Shown: positions 44,415-55,933 of the stretch, piece after piece
Numbering within the stretch: the first letter of the stretch is position 1
Layout of the letters: each line of letters opens with the position of its first letter
Origin: Acidobacteriota bacterium
Lineage (GTDB): Bacteria > Acidobacteriota > UBA6911 > RPQK01 > JAJDTT01
Assembly: GCA_965263035.1 (NCBI GenBank)
Contig: OZ253580.1
Location: 2,688,001-2,752,000 of the forward strand
Direction of reading: 5' to 3'
DNA: 64,000 bases
Notes under the pieces: model-generated
Told to the model about the DNA's origin: nothing
What the model saw: only the letters and a program-made list of their open reading frames with translations
The model's database searches: none
Translations under genes and position numbers: made by a program

Positions 44415-45181
44415 AGGTCGGCGATGACCGGGGCGTGGTCCGAGGCGGTCATGCCCTCTTTCTTCTTCCTGTAGCCGCGGTCGATCTCCACCTGCCGCAG
44501 CCGTTGTGCCAGCACCCGCGTCGACAGCAGGAAATCGATTCTGAGCCCCCGGTTCCGGTGGAACGCCCCTCCCCGGTAGTCCCACCAGGAGAACTTCCGT
44601 TCCTGCGGAAAGCGCTCCCGGTAAAGATCCACCAGTCCCCAGTCCAACAATCGCCGAAAGCGATCTCTTTCCTCGTCCGTGTGAATGATCTGCCCTCCGA
44701 GCTCCTCTTCGTTCCAGCTGTCCAACGGGGTCGGACAGATGTTGAAGTCGCCGCAGAGGACGAGAGACTCGGAAACGTCGTGACGCGCCTCCAGATAGGA
44801 CAGGAGCGCATCGTACCAGGAGAGCTTTCTGGGGAAGTCGTCGTGCCCGACGTGCTTGCCGTTGGGGCAGTAGACGGTGATGAAAGTGACGCCGGCCACC
44901 CGCGCACTCACCAGGCGGGTCCCCAGGTGCTCTTGTCCCGGCAGCCCCGACTGTAGCGTCTCGGCCGGTTCCCGGCTCAATATGGAGACGCCGTTCCAGG
45001 CCTTGGACGCATGGACCACCGCCTGATAGCCCCGGGCCTGGAATTCGGCGTGGGGGAACAGCTCTTCCTGCAGCTTCAACTCCTGCAGCCCCACCAGGTC
45101 GGGACGGCGGGAATCGAGCCAGTGAAAAACGTATTCGAGACGGGCTCGAAGCCCGTTGATGTTCCAGGTCGCGATCCGCAT
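44396..45181 (-). CDS. xth: Exodeoxyribonuclease III
   Basis: ATWNING, LQELK, GDFN, SWWDYR, RIDF, SDHAP. Confidence 0.95.
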   Translation of the reverse strand: MRIATWNINGLRARLEYVFHWLDSRRPDLVGLQELKLQEELFPHAEFQARGYQAVVHASKAWNGVSILSREPAETLQSGLPGQEHLGTRLVSARVAGVTFITVYCPNGKHVGHDDFPRKLSWYDALLSYLEARHDVSESLVLCGDFNICPTPLDSWNEEELGGQIIHTDEERDRFRRLLDWGLVDLYRERFPQERKFSWWDYRGGAFHRNRGLRIDFLLSTRVLAQRLRQVEIDRGYRKKKEGMTASDHAPVIADLEAAVS

Positions 45182-45244
45182 GTGTGCAGCCCCGCGGCCA
45201 GTCTATACCGCAACCGGCAGGAATGCGGAATCGAGAACCGGAAA

Positions 45245-46315
45245 TCAGGAATCGAAGAGAGGAGTGCTGCCGGCTCCCCGGTCCGGCAGACGGATCACGG
45301 ACCCGGTTCCTGACGCCTCCAACATGGCGGTCACGGCTTCCACGCCGGCGCGGCCATCCGGTCCCGACCCGATCCGGCTGGAATTGCCCTCGATGGCGTC
45401 GCAGAAGGCCCGAAGTTGGCGCTCATACGCTCTGAGGCGCACCGGGTTCATGGGAACGTCGGAGGCAACGAACCGGGCCGCGGGCTGGGTGGATACCGTG
45501 CACCAAGCTCCTCCGACCGCCAGTTTCAGGTCCCCGAAGGGATCCAGGTCCATCAGGCCCTGTGAGCCCATGATCCTGAGTCGAAAGAACTCGCCGGAAA
45601 ACCCAGGGTCCGCCATCTCGTTGGTGGAGTAGAGGCTGAGCAGGGCACCGTTGTGGAAACTCAGAAGAGCCAGCGTCGTGTTCTCCACGGGGGCCTGGGT
45701 CAGAAAGTTGCGGGAAAGCGCGCTCACGGTGGCGACCTCCGTCCCCATGCACCAGCGGAGCAGGTCGATGCCGTGAGGCGCCGAGTTCAGAACGTGGCCG
45801 ACGCTGGCTGGATCGTCCCACCATTCCCATCCTCCGCCGTCCCGCAGAGAGGCCTCGGTCAGCATGGTGGTCTGGATGGCCAGGACGCGGCCGATGGTCC
45901 CCTCCCGGATGAGGCGCCGGGCTTCCACGTTGTTGCGCCGAAACCGTTGATGGTAGCCCACGGCCAGAGCCACGGATCGGCGGCGTGCGGCTTCGATCAT
46001 GAGGTCGCAGTCGGCCACCGAGGTGGCCAGCGGCTTCTCCACCAGTACGTGCTTTCCCTCGGCGATGGCGGCCAGCGCATCCCGAACGTGGACGTGGTGG
46101 GGAGTCGTGATGATGACGGCATCCAGGTCGGAGCGGCGAACCAGACTCTCCACGTCCGGTTCCCGATCGATTCCGTAGCGGCCGGCCAGCCCTTGTGCCC
46201 GGCGACCACCGGTGACCGCAACCAGCCTGAGCTCCGGCACCGCACGCACCGCCTCGGCATGGGTCCTCCCCATGAATCCCGAGCCGGTGATTCCAATACC
46301 CAGATCGCGTCTCAT
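45245..46315 (-). CDS. Gfo/Idh/MocA oxidoreductase
   Basis: GSGFMG, HVLVEKP, HGIDL. Confidence 0.9.
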   Translation of the reverse strand: MRRDLGIGITGSGFMGRTHAEAVRAVPELRLVAVTGGRRAQGLAGRYGIDREPDVESLVRRSDLDAVIITTPHHVHVRDALAAIAEGKHVLVEKPLATSVADCDLMIEAARRRSVALAVGYHQRFRRNNVEARRLIREGTIGRVLAIQTTMLTEASLRDGGGWEWWDDPASVGHVLNSAPHGIDLLRWCMGTEVATVSALSRNFLTQAPVENTTLALLSFHNGALLSLYSTNEMADPGFSGEFFRLRIMGSQGLMDLDPFGDLKLAVGGAWCTVSTQPAARFVASDVPMNPVRLRAYERQLRAFCDAIEGNSSRIGSGPDGRAGVEAVTAMLEASGTGSVIRLPDRGAGSTPLFDS

Positions 46316-46395
46316 TGACGCATGAGTGTACCAACATGCCGCAGTTCCCGGAGCAACGGATCTCACTGCTTTTGGTATACTTCCCGGTAACTCTC

Positions 46396-49197
46396 ATGCG
46401 TGTTTTTCTGCCTTTGCTTCTCGGTTTCGTGGTTTCCCTTCCTTCGCTGCCGGCCCAGGATGCGGAGGCGGCGGAATTCTTCGAGAGGCGGATCCGTCCG
46501 GTCCTGGCCAACAAATGTCAAGCCTGCCACAACTCCGGCCTCAAGACCGCCGGGCTGGATCTGTCCAGTGCCGAGGGATTCGCAAAGGGCGGCCAGAGCG
46601 GCCCGGTGGTCGCCGGAGAGGAGCCCGCAGAAAGCCGATTCCTGGAAGTGATCCGATACCGGGAGCGAATCAAGATGCCTCCCGGCGGGAAGCTGCCCGA
46701 GGACGAGATCGCTTCCCTGGCGGCCTGGGTCGAGACCGGCGCTCACTGGCCGGGAGCCCCTGTCATGGACGCACCGTCGATGGCGGCAGAACGGGGAGAC
46801 CGATTCACGGCGGAAGAGTGGAGTTTCTGGGCCTTTCAGAAGGTCCGGGATCCGGAACCGCCCCAAGTGAAAGATGTGGACTGGGTCAGGTCCCCGGTGG
46901 ACCGCTTCGTGCTGGCCAGGCTGGAAGCGGCAGACCTGCGCCCGGCCGCCCCGGCTTCCAGACTCGCATGGTTGCGGAGGGCCAGCTACGACCTCACGGG
47001 CCTGCCTCCCAGTGAGGAACGGATTGCCGATTTTCTGAGTGACGACTCGCCTCGGGCTTTCGAGAAGGTGGTAGACCGGCTGCTGGCTTCTCCCCGATAC
47101 GGCGAGCGATGGGGACGCCATTGGCTCGACGTGGCTCGTTACGCCGACTCCACCGGCAACGACGAGGATCACCGTTACCCCTACGCTTGGCGTTACCGCG
47201 ACTACGTCGTGGAGGCGTTCAACCAGGACCGGCCCTACGACGAATTCCTCACGGAGCAGTTGGCCGGTGACCTGGTGCACCCCGCTGAATCGGTCGAGAA
47301 GCGGCGCCGCGGGATCGTCGCCACCGGGTTCCTGGCTCTGGGCCCCAAGGCGCTGGCGCAACAGGACAAGCAGCGGATGCTCTACGACGTCTGGGACGAG
47401 CAGCTGGACGTGGTGTCCAAGGGTTTCCTGGGACTCACCGTGACCTGTGCCCGCTGCCACGACCACAAGTTCGATCCCATCCCCACCCAGGACTACTACT
47501 CCCTGCTCGGCATGTTCGCCAGCACCCGCAGCTTCACGGCCATGGGCAAGACCGTCTCCAAGCTCCTGTTCACGCCGCTGGTCCCCGACCACGAGTACCA
47601 GGCGTACAAGGACCACAAGGAGTCGATCGGCAACAAGAAAATCGAGGTCGAAGACGTCGCCGATCAGGAACTTCAAGCCTACGTGTCCAAGTTGAGTCCC
47701 CGCCTGGCCGACTACATGCGGGCTGCCGGCCGCGCCGGAGGGCCCGCGGAGGCCGAGGCGCTGGCGGCGGAAAACGATCTGGAGGCTCCGATTCTGAGAA
47801 AGTGGATCGCCTACCTCCAGCCGCGCGAGATCCGAAGACCCCACTTGGACGAGTGGCAGCAGGCTTCCGCTGCGGACCGCGACCAGACGGCGGACGCCTA
47901 TCAGAAACGGTTCCAGGAACGTCTGGAAGAATGGAACGAAACCCTCAAGAAGTGGCGCGAGCGGGTCCGCAGGATGCTCCAGGAGATGAACATGCCGCCG
48001 CCGCCGAAGCCCACCTTCGAGCCGGGGCGCGACCGCTTTTTCCACGAAGTCTACTTCGCCGGGAAGGGACCCTTCTTCCTGGAGGAGAAGGCCCAGGAGA
48101 AGGTCTTCTCTCAAGAATCCAATCGGCTTCTGGCACTTTACCGCCAGGAACTCAAAAAACTGGAAGAGACCCTGCCCCCCGAACCGGCCATGGCCTGCGC
48201 CGTCGAGGAAGGAGATGCGGTCCGGCAACGAGTCTTCATCCGCGGTGACTACAACAACCTGGGCGAGGAAGCGCCCAAGCGGTTCCCCCTGGTCCTGGCG
48301 GGTGCGGAACGGGAGCCGATTTCCGGAGGCAGCGGCCGCATGGAGCTGGCCCTCTGGTTGACCGGGCCGGAGCATCCCCTGACGGCCCGGGTGATGGTCA
48401 ATCGCATCTGGCAATGGCACTTCGGACAGGGTCTGGTGCGAACCCCCAACAATTTCGGAAAGTTGGGCACGCCTCCCACACATCCCCAGCTGCTGGACTA
48501 TCTGGCTCGCCGATTCATTCGGGAGGGTTGGTCCATCAAGAAGATGCACCGCCTGATCATGAGTTCGGCCACTTACCGAATGGGAAACGAGACGACACCG
48601 GAGAAAAACCCCCGGGATCCGCAGAACCAGCTTCTGTCCCGATTCGAACGGCGCCGGCTCGAGGTCGAGGAGATTCGGGACGGGCTGCTGTCCATGGACG
48701 GTTCCCTGGACCTGACCATGGGCGGGACCCTGCAGACCGGGTTCGGCACCGACACCGAGAACAGCAACGACCGCCTGAGCCTGAAACCGGAGACGGTCCA
48801 CCGGAGGATGGTCTACCTGCCCCTCCGGCGCGCCAACCTTCCGGCACTCCTGAACCTGTTCGACTTCGGCGACGCCACCACCAGCATGGGCAAGCGGTTG
48901 CACACCAACGTCGCCCCCCAGGCCCTGTTCATGATGAACAGCGAATTCGTGGCCCATCGGGCCCGGAATCTGGCGGCCCGGCTGGAACAGGAGGAGACCG
49001 ATTCGGCCAAGCGTATCGATCGAGCCTATCTCATCACCCTGAACCGGATGCCGGAAGTGGAGGAGCGGCAAGCCGCGCTGGCCTACCTCGGTGACTTCAC
49101 CGGGAAATTCGGAGGGCCGCAGGCGTCCGGTCTGGATGCCTGGGGCAGCTACTGCCGGATCCTGATGGGGTCCAACGACTTCATGTATGTTGACTAG
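46396..49197 (+). CDS. Planctomycete cytochrome c / DUF1549 / DUF1553 (PSD1) protein
   Basis: FFERRIRPVL..CQACH, YGERWGRHWLDVARYADS, CARCHDHKFDP, NRIWQWHFG, PQALF. Confidence 0.9.
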   Translation: MRVFLPLLLGFVVSLPSLPAQDAEAAEFFERRIRPVLANKCQACHNSGLKTAGLDLSSAEGFAKGGQSGPVVAGEEPAESRFLEVIRYRERIKMPPGGKLPEDEIASLAAWVETGAHWPGAPVMDAPSMAAERGDRFTAEEWSFWAFQKVRDPEPPQVKDVDWVRSPVDRFVLARLEAADLRPAAPASRLAWLRRASYDLTGLPPSEERIADFLSDDSPRAFEKVVDRLLASPRYGERWGRHWLDVARYADSTGNDEDHRYPYAWRYRDYVVEAFNQDRPYDEFLTEQLAGDLVHPAESVEKRRRGIVATGFLALGPKALAQQDKQRMLYDVWDEQLDVVSKGFLGLTVTCARCHDHKFDPIPTQDYYSLLGMFASTRSFTAMGKTVSKLLFTPLVPDHEYQAYKDHKESIGNKKIEVEDVADQELQAYVSKLSPRLADYMRAAGRAGGPAEAEALAAENDLEAPILRKWIAYLQPREIRRPHLDEWQQASAADRDQTADAYQKRFQERLEEWNETLKKWRERVRRMLQEMNMPPPPKPTFEPGRDRFFHEVYFAGKGPFFLEEKAQEKVFSQESNRLLALYRQELKKLEETLPPEPAMACAVEEGDAVRQRVFIRGDYNNLGEEAPKRFPLVLAGAEREPISGGSGRMELALWLTGPEHPLTARVMVNRIWQWHFGQGLVRTPNNFGKLGTPPTHPQLLDYLARRFIREGWSIKKMHRLIMSSATYRMGNETTPEKNPRDPQNQLLSRFERRRLEVEEIRDGLLSMDGSLDLTMGGTLQTGFGTDTENSNDRLSLKPETVHRRMVYLPLRRANLPALLNLFDFGDATTSMGKRLHTNVAPQALFMMNSEFVAHRARNLAARLEQEETDSAKRIDRAYLITLNRMPEVEERQAALAYLGDFTGKFGGPQASGLDAWGSYCRILMGSNDFMYVD

Positions 49198-49308
49198 ATC
49201 GCCTTCCGGGGGCAAGATCGGGAGAGACGCGCTCCACGCGCAGCAGGTCTCGGATCCGGAACGAGGATCGGGCTCGCCACGGGATTGGACCCTACGTGAG
49301 GTGATCTC

Positions 49309-50757
49309 ATGATCGAGAATCCATGGAACAAGTTGAAGCGCCCCCCGCTGTTGTCGCGGCGCTCCATGCTGAGAGACACGGCCTGCGGCTTCGGCGTGCT
49401 GGGACTGGCCGGACTCATCGCCGAGGCGGACCGGCTCGGTGCCGCACCCGGCACGGCCAACCCGCTCGCCGTCCGGAAGCCACACTTCGAGCCGCGAGCC
49501 AAACAGGTCATCTTCCTGTTCATGCACGGTGGACCTTCCAGCGTCGACATCCTGGACCCCAAGCCCCGCCTTTACCGGGACCATGGGAAACCGCTCCCCA
49601 TCAGCCGTCCCCTGGCCTTCGACGACAACCCCCCTGGACCGCTGATGAAACCGCTCTGGGACTTCAAACGAACGGGTCAGAGCGGGATTCCCATGAGCGA
49701 TCTCTTTCCCCACGTCCGGACCTGCGTGGACGACCTCTGCGTGATCCGTTCCATGGTGGGCGAAGGAGTGGACCATGGGGCCGCTCTATTGCAGACCTTC
49801 ACCGGTTCCAGCACCTTCACCCGCCCGTCGCTCGGTGCCTGGGCTCTGTATGGGCTCGGAACGGAGAACCAGAACCTGCCCGGCTACATCACCATCAAGC
49901 CGGCTCTCGCCCACGGCGGCGCCAAGAACTGGAGTTCCGCATTCCTGCCCGGAGCGTACCAGGGGACCGCCATCGGCCATTCGGGGCTCAAAGTGAAGGA
50001 CTTTCGCGGAGAGCCCATCGAGTACCTGGTTCACCGCGGCTTCACGCCGGAGCAGCAACGCTACGAACTGGACATGCTCCAGAACATCAATCGCCGTCAC
50101 GCCCAACTTCGCCGGTACGACGCCGAGTTGGAAGCCCGGATCCAGGCCTTCGAACTGGCGTTTCGGATGCAGATGAGGGCGCCTGAGGCCTTCGAAGTCG
50201 AAAAGGAATCGGCGGCCACCCGGAAACTCTACGGCCTCGACCGGGAGGAGACCCGGGAGTTCGGCTGGCAATGCCTGCTGGCGCGGCGCCTGGCAGAGCG
50301 GGGCGTCCGCTTCATCCAGTGCACCCACAGCTACAAGTGGGACCAGCATTCCCAGCTCTACGAGAAGCACACCGAAAACGCCAGGGAGGTGGATCAGCCC
50401 ATCGCCGGCTTGCTCAAGGACCTGAAGTCAAGGGGCATGCTGGAGGAGACGCTGGTGGTCTGGGCCGGTGAGTTCGGACGCACCCCGGTCTCCCAGGGAG
50501 GGGACGGGCGCGACCACAACCCCTACGGCTACTCCATCTGGATGGCCGGCGGAGGAGTCAAGCCTGGATTCGTCTACGGCGCCACCGACGAGATCGGCTA
50601 CCACGCCGTCGAGGACCGGATGCACATCCATGACTTTCATGCCACTGTGCTCCACCTGCTGGGCCTGGACCATGAGAAACTGACCTTTCACTACAGCGGC
50701 CGCGACTTCCGCCTGACCGACGTCGCCGGCGTGGTCGCCGAGAGGATCCTGGTGTAG
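49309..50757 (+). CDS. DUF1501 protein (Tat signal)
   Basis: SRRSML, FMHGGPS, LARRLAERGVRF, GEFGRTP, GRDH. Confidence 0.9.
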   Translation: MIENPWNKLKRPPLLSRRSMLRDTACGFGVLGLAGLIAEADRLGAAPGTANPLAVRKPHFEPRAKQVIFLFMHGGPSSVDILDPKPRLYRDHGKPLPISRPLAFDDNPPGPLMKPLWDFKRTGQSGIPMSDLFPHVRTCVDDLCVIRSMVGEGVDHGAALLQTFTGSSTFTRPSLGAWALYGLGTENQNLPGYITIKPALAHGGAKNWSSAFLPGAYQGTAIGHSGLKVKDFRGEPIEYLVHRGFTPEQQRYELDMLQNINRRHAQLRRYDAELEARIQAFELAFRMQMRAPEAFEVEKESAATRKLYGLDREETREFGWQCLLARRLAERGVRFIQCTHSYKWDQHSQLYEKHTENAREVDQPIAGLLKDLKSRGMLEETLVVWAGEFGRTPVSQGGDGRDHNPYGYSIWMAGGGVKPGFVYGATDEIGYHAVEDRMHIHDFHATVLHLLGLDHEKLTFHYSGRDFRLTDVAGVVAERILV

Positions 50758-50806
50758 CGGGATCATCGCATACCCGGTTTCACTCCAAGCGGAACCGGCG
50801 GAATCA

Positions 50807-53503
50807 GTGGAGAAACAAGGCATCGAATCAGTCCCGCTCAGGCGTCCTCGACGAGACCATTTCCCGGTGTGCGCCTACCTTCGCGTTTACTACCCGCCTG
50901 CTTCTTTCTTTTCTCTTTCCTCTTTCTTCTTTCCTCTGCTTCTAAGAAGCGGACTGGCACTGGCTGGCGCCGCGGTGGCCTGCGGGCTGGTTCACGCCGC
51001 CGAATCGGTTCCCCGTTTCGGCTCTGACGTAGGTCCCCTCCTGAACCGATACTGCCTTCAGTGCCACGGCGAGAGCCTTCAGATGGGAGACCTGGATCTG
51101 AGGACCGTCTCCTCCATGGAAAAAGGAGGGGGCCAGGGTCCGGCTCTGGTGAGAGGGAATGCCGGCGAGAGTCTTCTCTACCAGCGGGTCGCGGACCAGA
51201 GCATGCCCCAGGGGGAGGAGAAGCTGGAACCGGAGGAAGTCCGGCTACTGGCCGACTGGATCAACGCCGGGGCTCCCGCAGGCCGAGTTCCGGCAGAATC
51301 CAGGTTGGAAACGGCCACGGCGCATACCCCGTCCCATTGGTCGTTCCGTCCGATTCGGAAACCGCCGATCCCGTCCGTACGGAATCGGCAATGGGTCCGG
51401 AACCCCGTAGACGCCTTCATCTTGAGCCGATTGGAAGAGCAGGGCCTCCAGCCCGCTCCGGAGGCGGACCCCTCGACTCTGGTGCGCCGCCTGGCCCTGG
51501 TCCTGACCGGCTTGCCGCCATCCTGGGAAGGACCGTCCCGCCTTCCGGAAGGTCCAGGCGACCTGGCCTACACCCGTCTGGTGGATGAATTCCTGGGACG
51601 GCCCCAATACGGTGAACGCTGGGCCCGGCACTGGCTCGACGTGGTGCGCTATGCCGAATCCAACGGCTATGAGCGAGACGGCACCAAACCGCACGCGTGG
51701 CGCTATCGCGACTACGTCATCGACGCCTTCAACCAGGACAAGCCCTACGATCGCTTCCTCACCGAGCAGCTCGCCGGAGATGAGATCGACGGCACCGACG
51801 CCGAATCTCAGATCGCCACCACCTTTCTGCGGCTGGGGACCTGGGACGACGAGCCGGCGGAGGAGCGCCGGGACCGGTACGACCAGCTCGACGACGTCCT
51901 GGGGACCGCCAGCAGCGCCTTTCTCGGCCTGACCCTGCGTTGCGCCCGCTGCCATGATCACAAGTTCGAACCCTTCAGCCAGGAGGACTACTATCGCTCC
52001 CTCTCCTTCTTCGAACCTCTCAAGCGTCCCCACAATATCTTGAAACCCCGCGCCGATCTGGACCGGATGGTAGGGACGCCGGACGAAATGGATCGGTACC
52101 GGGTGGCCACCATGAAGTGGAAGGTGGAGGTGGAAAGCCTGAATCGGGAGAAGGAGAAACTGAGCCGGAAGATACTCGATCGGCTTCTCTCCGACCGAGC
52201 CTCCAGCCGGGATCTGAGCTGGGCTCACCACGCCGAGGCGGTATTGGCATTCCGGACCCCGGAAGAGGACCGGACCGACGAGCAGAAGGCCCAGATCCGG
52301 AAGTTCGACGAGCGCATGGATCGGGAGATCCTGGCTGAAGCCACCACCGAGGAGGCTCGGAAACTGAGCCGGTGGGAGCGGGAGCTGGACCGCTTGAAGG
52401 CGGAGTCTCCAGAAGAACCCCCACGAGCCTACGTTTGGTACGAAGATACTCCTTATCCCGTTGCCACCCGAGTCCTGGTCCGGGGTGACCCGGGAACGCC
52501 CGGAGGCGAGGTTCAACCCGTGATTCCCACCATCCTGGGCCGCCCGGACCTGCTGGCCCGGCTCGGCCCCATCGAGCCGACCCTCGACTCCAGCGGGCGG
52601 CGCCGCTGGCTGGCCCGGTGGATGACCCACCCCCAGAATCCCCTGGTCGCCCGAGTGATGGTGAATCGGATCTGGCAGTGGGTCTTCGGCGAAGGCCTGG
52701 TGGCCACCGAGAACGATTTCGGGGTCGCGGGGGAGACCCCCAGCCACCCCCTGCTTCTGGACTATCTGGCCTCCGAATTCATCGCCTCCGGCTGGAGCGT
52801 GAAGCACGTGGTCCGGCTTCTGGCCGGCTCCTCCACCTTCACCCAAGCGTCCGACTGGAACCCGCAGGCCACGGCCGTAGACCTCCAGAATCGTCTCCTC
52901 TGGCGATGGCGGCCCCGGCGTCTGGAAGCGGAGGCCGTCCGGGACTCGATGCTGGCCGTCAGCGGCAGCCTGAATCACTCCATGCACGGTCCCAGCATGT
53001 TTCCCCGAATCCCCGATTCGGTCCTGGCCGGACAGTCGAGACCGGGACTCGACTGGGGAGAACCGGACCCGGAGCAGAACCTCCGGCGCAGCGTCTACAT
53101 CTTCGTCAAGCGCTCCCTGGCCGTCCCCGAACTGGAATTGCTGGATTCACCCGACACCACCTCCAGTTGCGAGCAGCGCCGGGTCTCCACCACCGGACCC
53201 CAGGCCCTGACCTTTCTGAATGGAGACTTCGCCCACGAACAGGCTCGACGTCTGGCCGGAAGAGTGATGCGCGCGACCGGCGAAGAACGCGCCAACCAGG
53301 TCCGGGGCGCTTTCCGGATGGGATTGGCGAGGGGACCGAGCCCCGAGGAATTGAAAGCGGCGTTGGACTTTCTTCAGGTCCAGGAAGAGCAGATCCGGGA
53401 GGATATGACCGGGACTCAGACCACCCCGGTCATCCGGGAGCGGGCCCTTCAATCCTTCTGCCTGACGCTGTTGAACACCAACGAGTTCTTCTACTTGAAC
53501 TGA
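50807..53503 (+). CDS. Second cytochrome c / DUF1549 / DUF1553 protein (start uncertain)
   Basis: CLQCH, YGERWARHWLD, CARCHDHKFEP, PQAL. Confidence 0.9.
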   Translation: MEKQGIESVPLRRPRRDHFPVCAYLRVYYPPASFFSLSSFFFPLLLRSGLALAGAAVACGLVHAAESVPRFGSDVGPLLNRYCLQCHGESLQMGDLDLRTVSSMEKGGGQGPALVRGNAGESLLYQRVADQSMPQGEEKLEPEEVRLLADWINAGAPAGRVPAESRLETATAHTPSHWSFRPIRKPPIPSVRNRQWVRNPVDAFILSRLEEQGLQPAPEADPSTLVRRLALVLTGLPPSWEGPSRLPEGPGDLAYTRLVDEFLGRPQYGERWARHWLDVVRYAESNGYERDGTKPHAWRYRDYVIDAFNQDKPYDRFLTEQLAGDEIDGTDAESQIATTFLRLGTWDDEPAEERRDRYDQLDDVLGTASSAFLGLTLRCARCHDHKFEPFSQEDYYRSLSFFEPLKRPHNILKPRADLDRMVGTPDEMDRYRVATMKWKVEVESLNREKEKLSRKILDRLLSDRASSRDLSWAHHAEAVLAFRTPEEDRTDEQKAQIRKFDERMDREILAEATTEEARKLSRWERELDRLKAESPEEPPRAYVWYEDTPYPVATRVLVRGDPGTPGGEVQPVIPTILGRPDLLARLGPIEPTLDSSGRRRWLARWMTHPQNPLVARVMVNRIWQWVFGEGLVATENDFGVAGETPSHPLLLDYLASEFIASGWSVKHVVRLLAGSSTFTQASDWNPQATAVDLQNRLLWRWRPRRLEAEAVRDSMLAVSGSLNHSMHGPSMFPRIPDSVLAGQSRPGLDWGEPDPEQNLRRSVYIFVKRSLAVPELELLDSPDTTSSCEQRRVSTTGPQALTFLNGDFAHEQARRLAGRVMRATGEERANQVRGAFRMGLARGPSPEELKAALDFLQVQEEQIREDMTGTQTTPVIRERALQSFCLTLLNTNEFFYLN

Positions 53504-53611
53504 GATTCACCGGCCCGGGCGCTGCGAGGCCGATCGCCGGTCGGGGCGAGATTGCAAGTGAACCGCCGAAGAAATAACCTGGGGCATCAGCCCGCTTCAG
53601 AGGACCTGGAA

Positions 53612-55099
<1,488 letters not shown>

Positions 55100-55134
55100 C
55101 CAGCCCGACCCCTGCAGCGAGCCTAACGAAAGCG

Positions 55135-55895
55135 GTGCGATTCGCCTGGATCATCCCCTTGGTCCTGATTCAGCCCGTCATGGTTTCCTCCCAGGTCCTG
55201 GATGTCGGGTCCAGGCGTGAGTTGTTCGTCGACCACCTCCTCGTCAATCGTCTGACCGGCGCCCGGCTCAACAGCCCGTGGTAAAAGTCGTCACGGCATT
55301 CGATCGTCCCTGGGAGGGGCCGCACAATCTGGGGATCAGCGTCCTCTACGATCAGGGGGTCTACCGGATGTACTACCGGGGCACGGCCGGCCCGGCGGAG
55401 ACCCGGGACCATTGGACCAATACCATGACCCCCTTCCTGGACAAACGTCCCGGTGTACCCCGGGAACGCCGATGGAAGGTCGTGGCCACCAAGCCCACGG
55501 GCGAAGCCGAGATCTCCCTCTGGGTGAACCGCGGTTATGGGACGGACCGATGGGAGATCCGGCGCTACCGTCTGAGAACCGGCGGATTCGTCTCGGTTCA
55601 CGCTCCCTATGCAGGAGGAGAGTCGCTGACCCGGCCCTTGCTGTTCCAGGGGAAGGGGTTGGAGATCAATTACTCCACGTCGACGGCGGGGCATGTCCGT
55701 CTCGAAATCCAGGACGCCGCCGGGAATGCCGTCCCCGGCTACACCCTGGAGGAATGTCCGGAGATCGTGGGTGACCAGATCGAAAGGGTCGTGTCGTGGA
55801 AGGCCGGATCGGACTTGAGGAGCCTGGCGAGCCGGCCGGTCCGGCTCCGCTTCGTTCTCAAGGACGCGAACCTCTACTCCATTCGTTTCCGCTGA
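55135..55895 (+). pseudogene. Split, internally deleted beta-propeller hydrolase-like gene (same family as 647-2248)
   Basis: 55135-55284 signal peptide + GSRRELFVDH, stop inside the MITE end; 55278-55895 FDRPWEG..YRMYYRG..LRTGGF..LYSIRF in another frame. Confidence 0.75.
55271..55312 (+). mobile_element. MITE copy 3, left end only
   Basis: CAGCCCGTGGTAAAAGTCGTCACGGCATTCGATCGTCCCTG matches copy 1 at 39/41. Confidence 0.85.
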
Positions 55896-55933
55896 ACGTG
55901 TAGGTTTCTCCCGCCGCAGGACGCCGGCCGCGG

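Noticed and set aside
46363-49776. 1137-aa minus-strand ORF, and similar long antisense ORFs such as 578-2188, 22651-24063, 51245-52987 and 57800-59923
   Set aside because: Shadow frames of well-supported genes in high-GC DNA with no recognisable motifs
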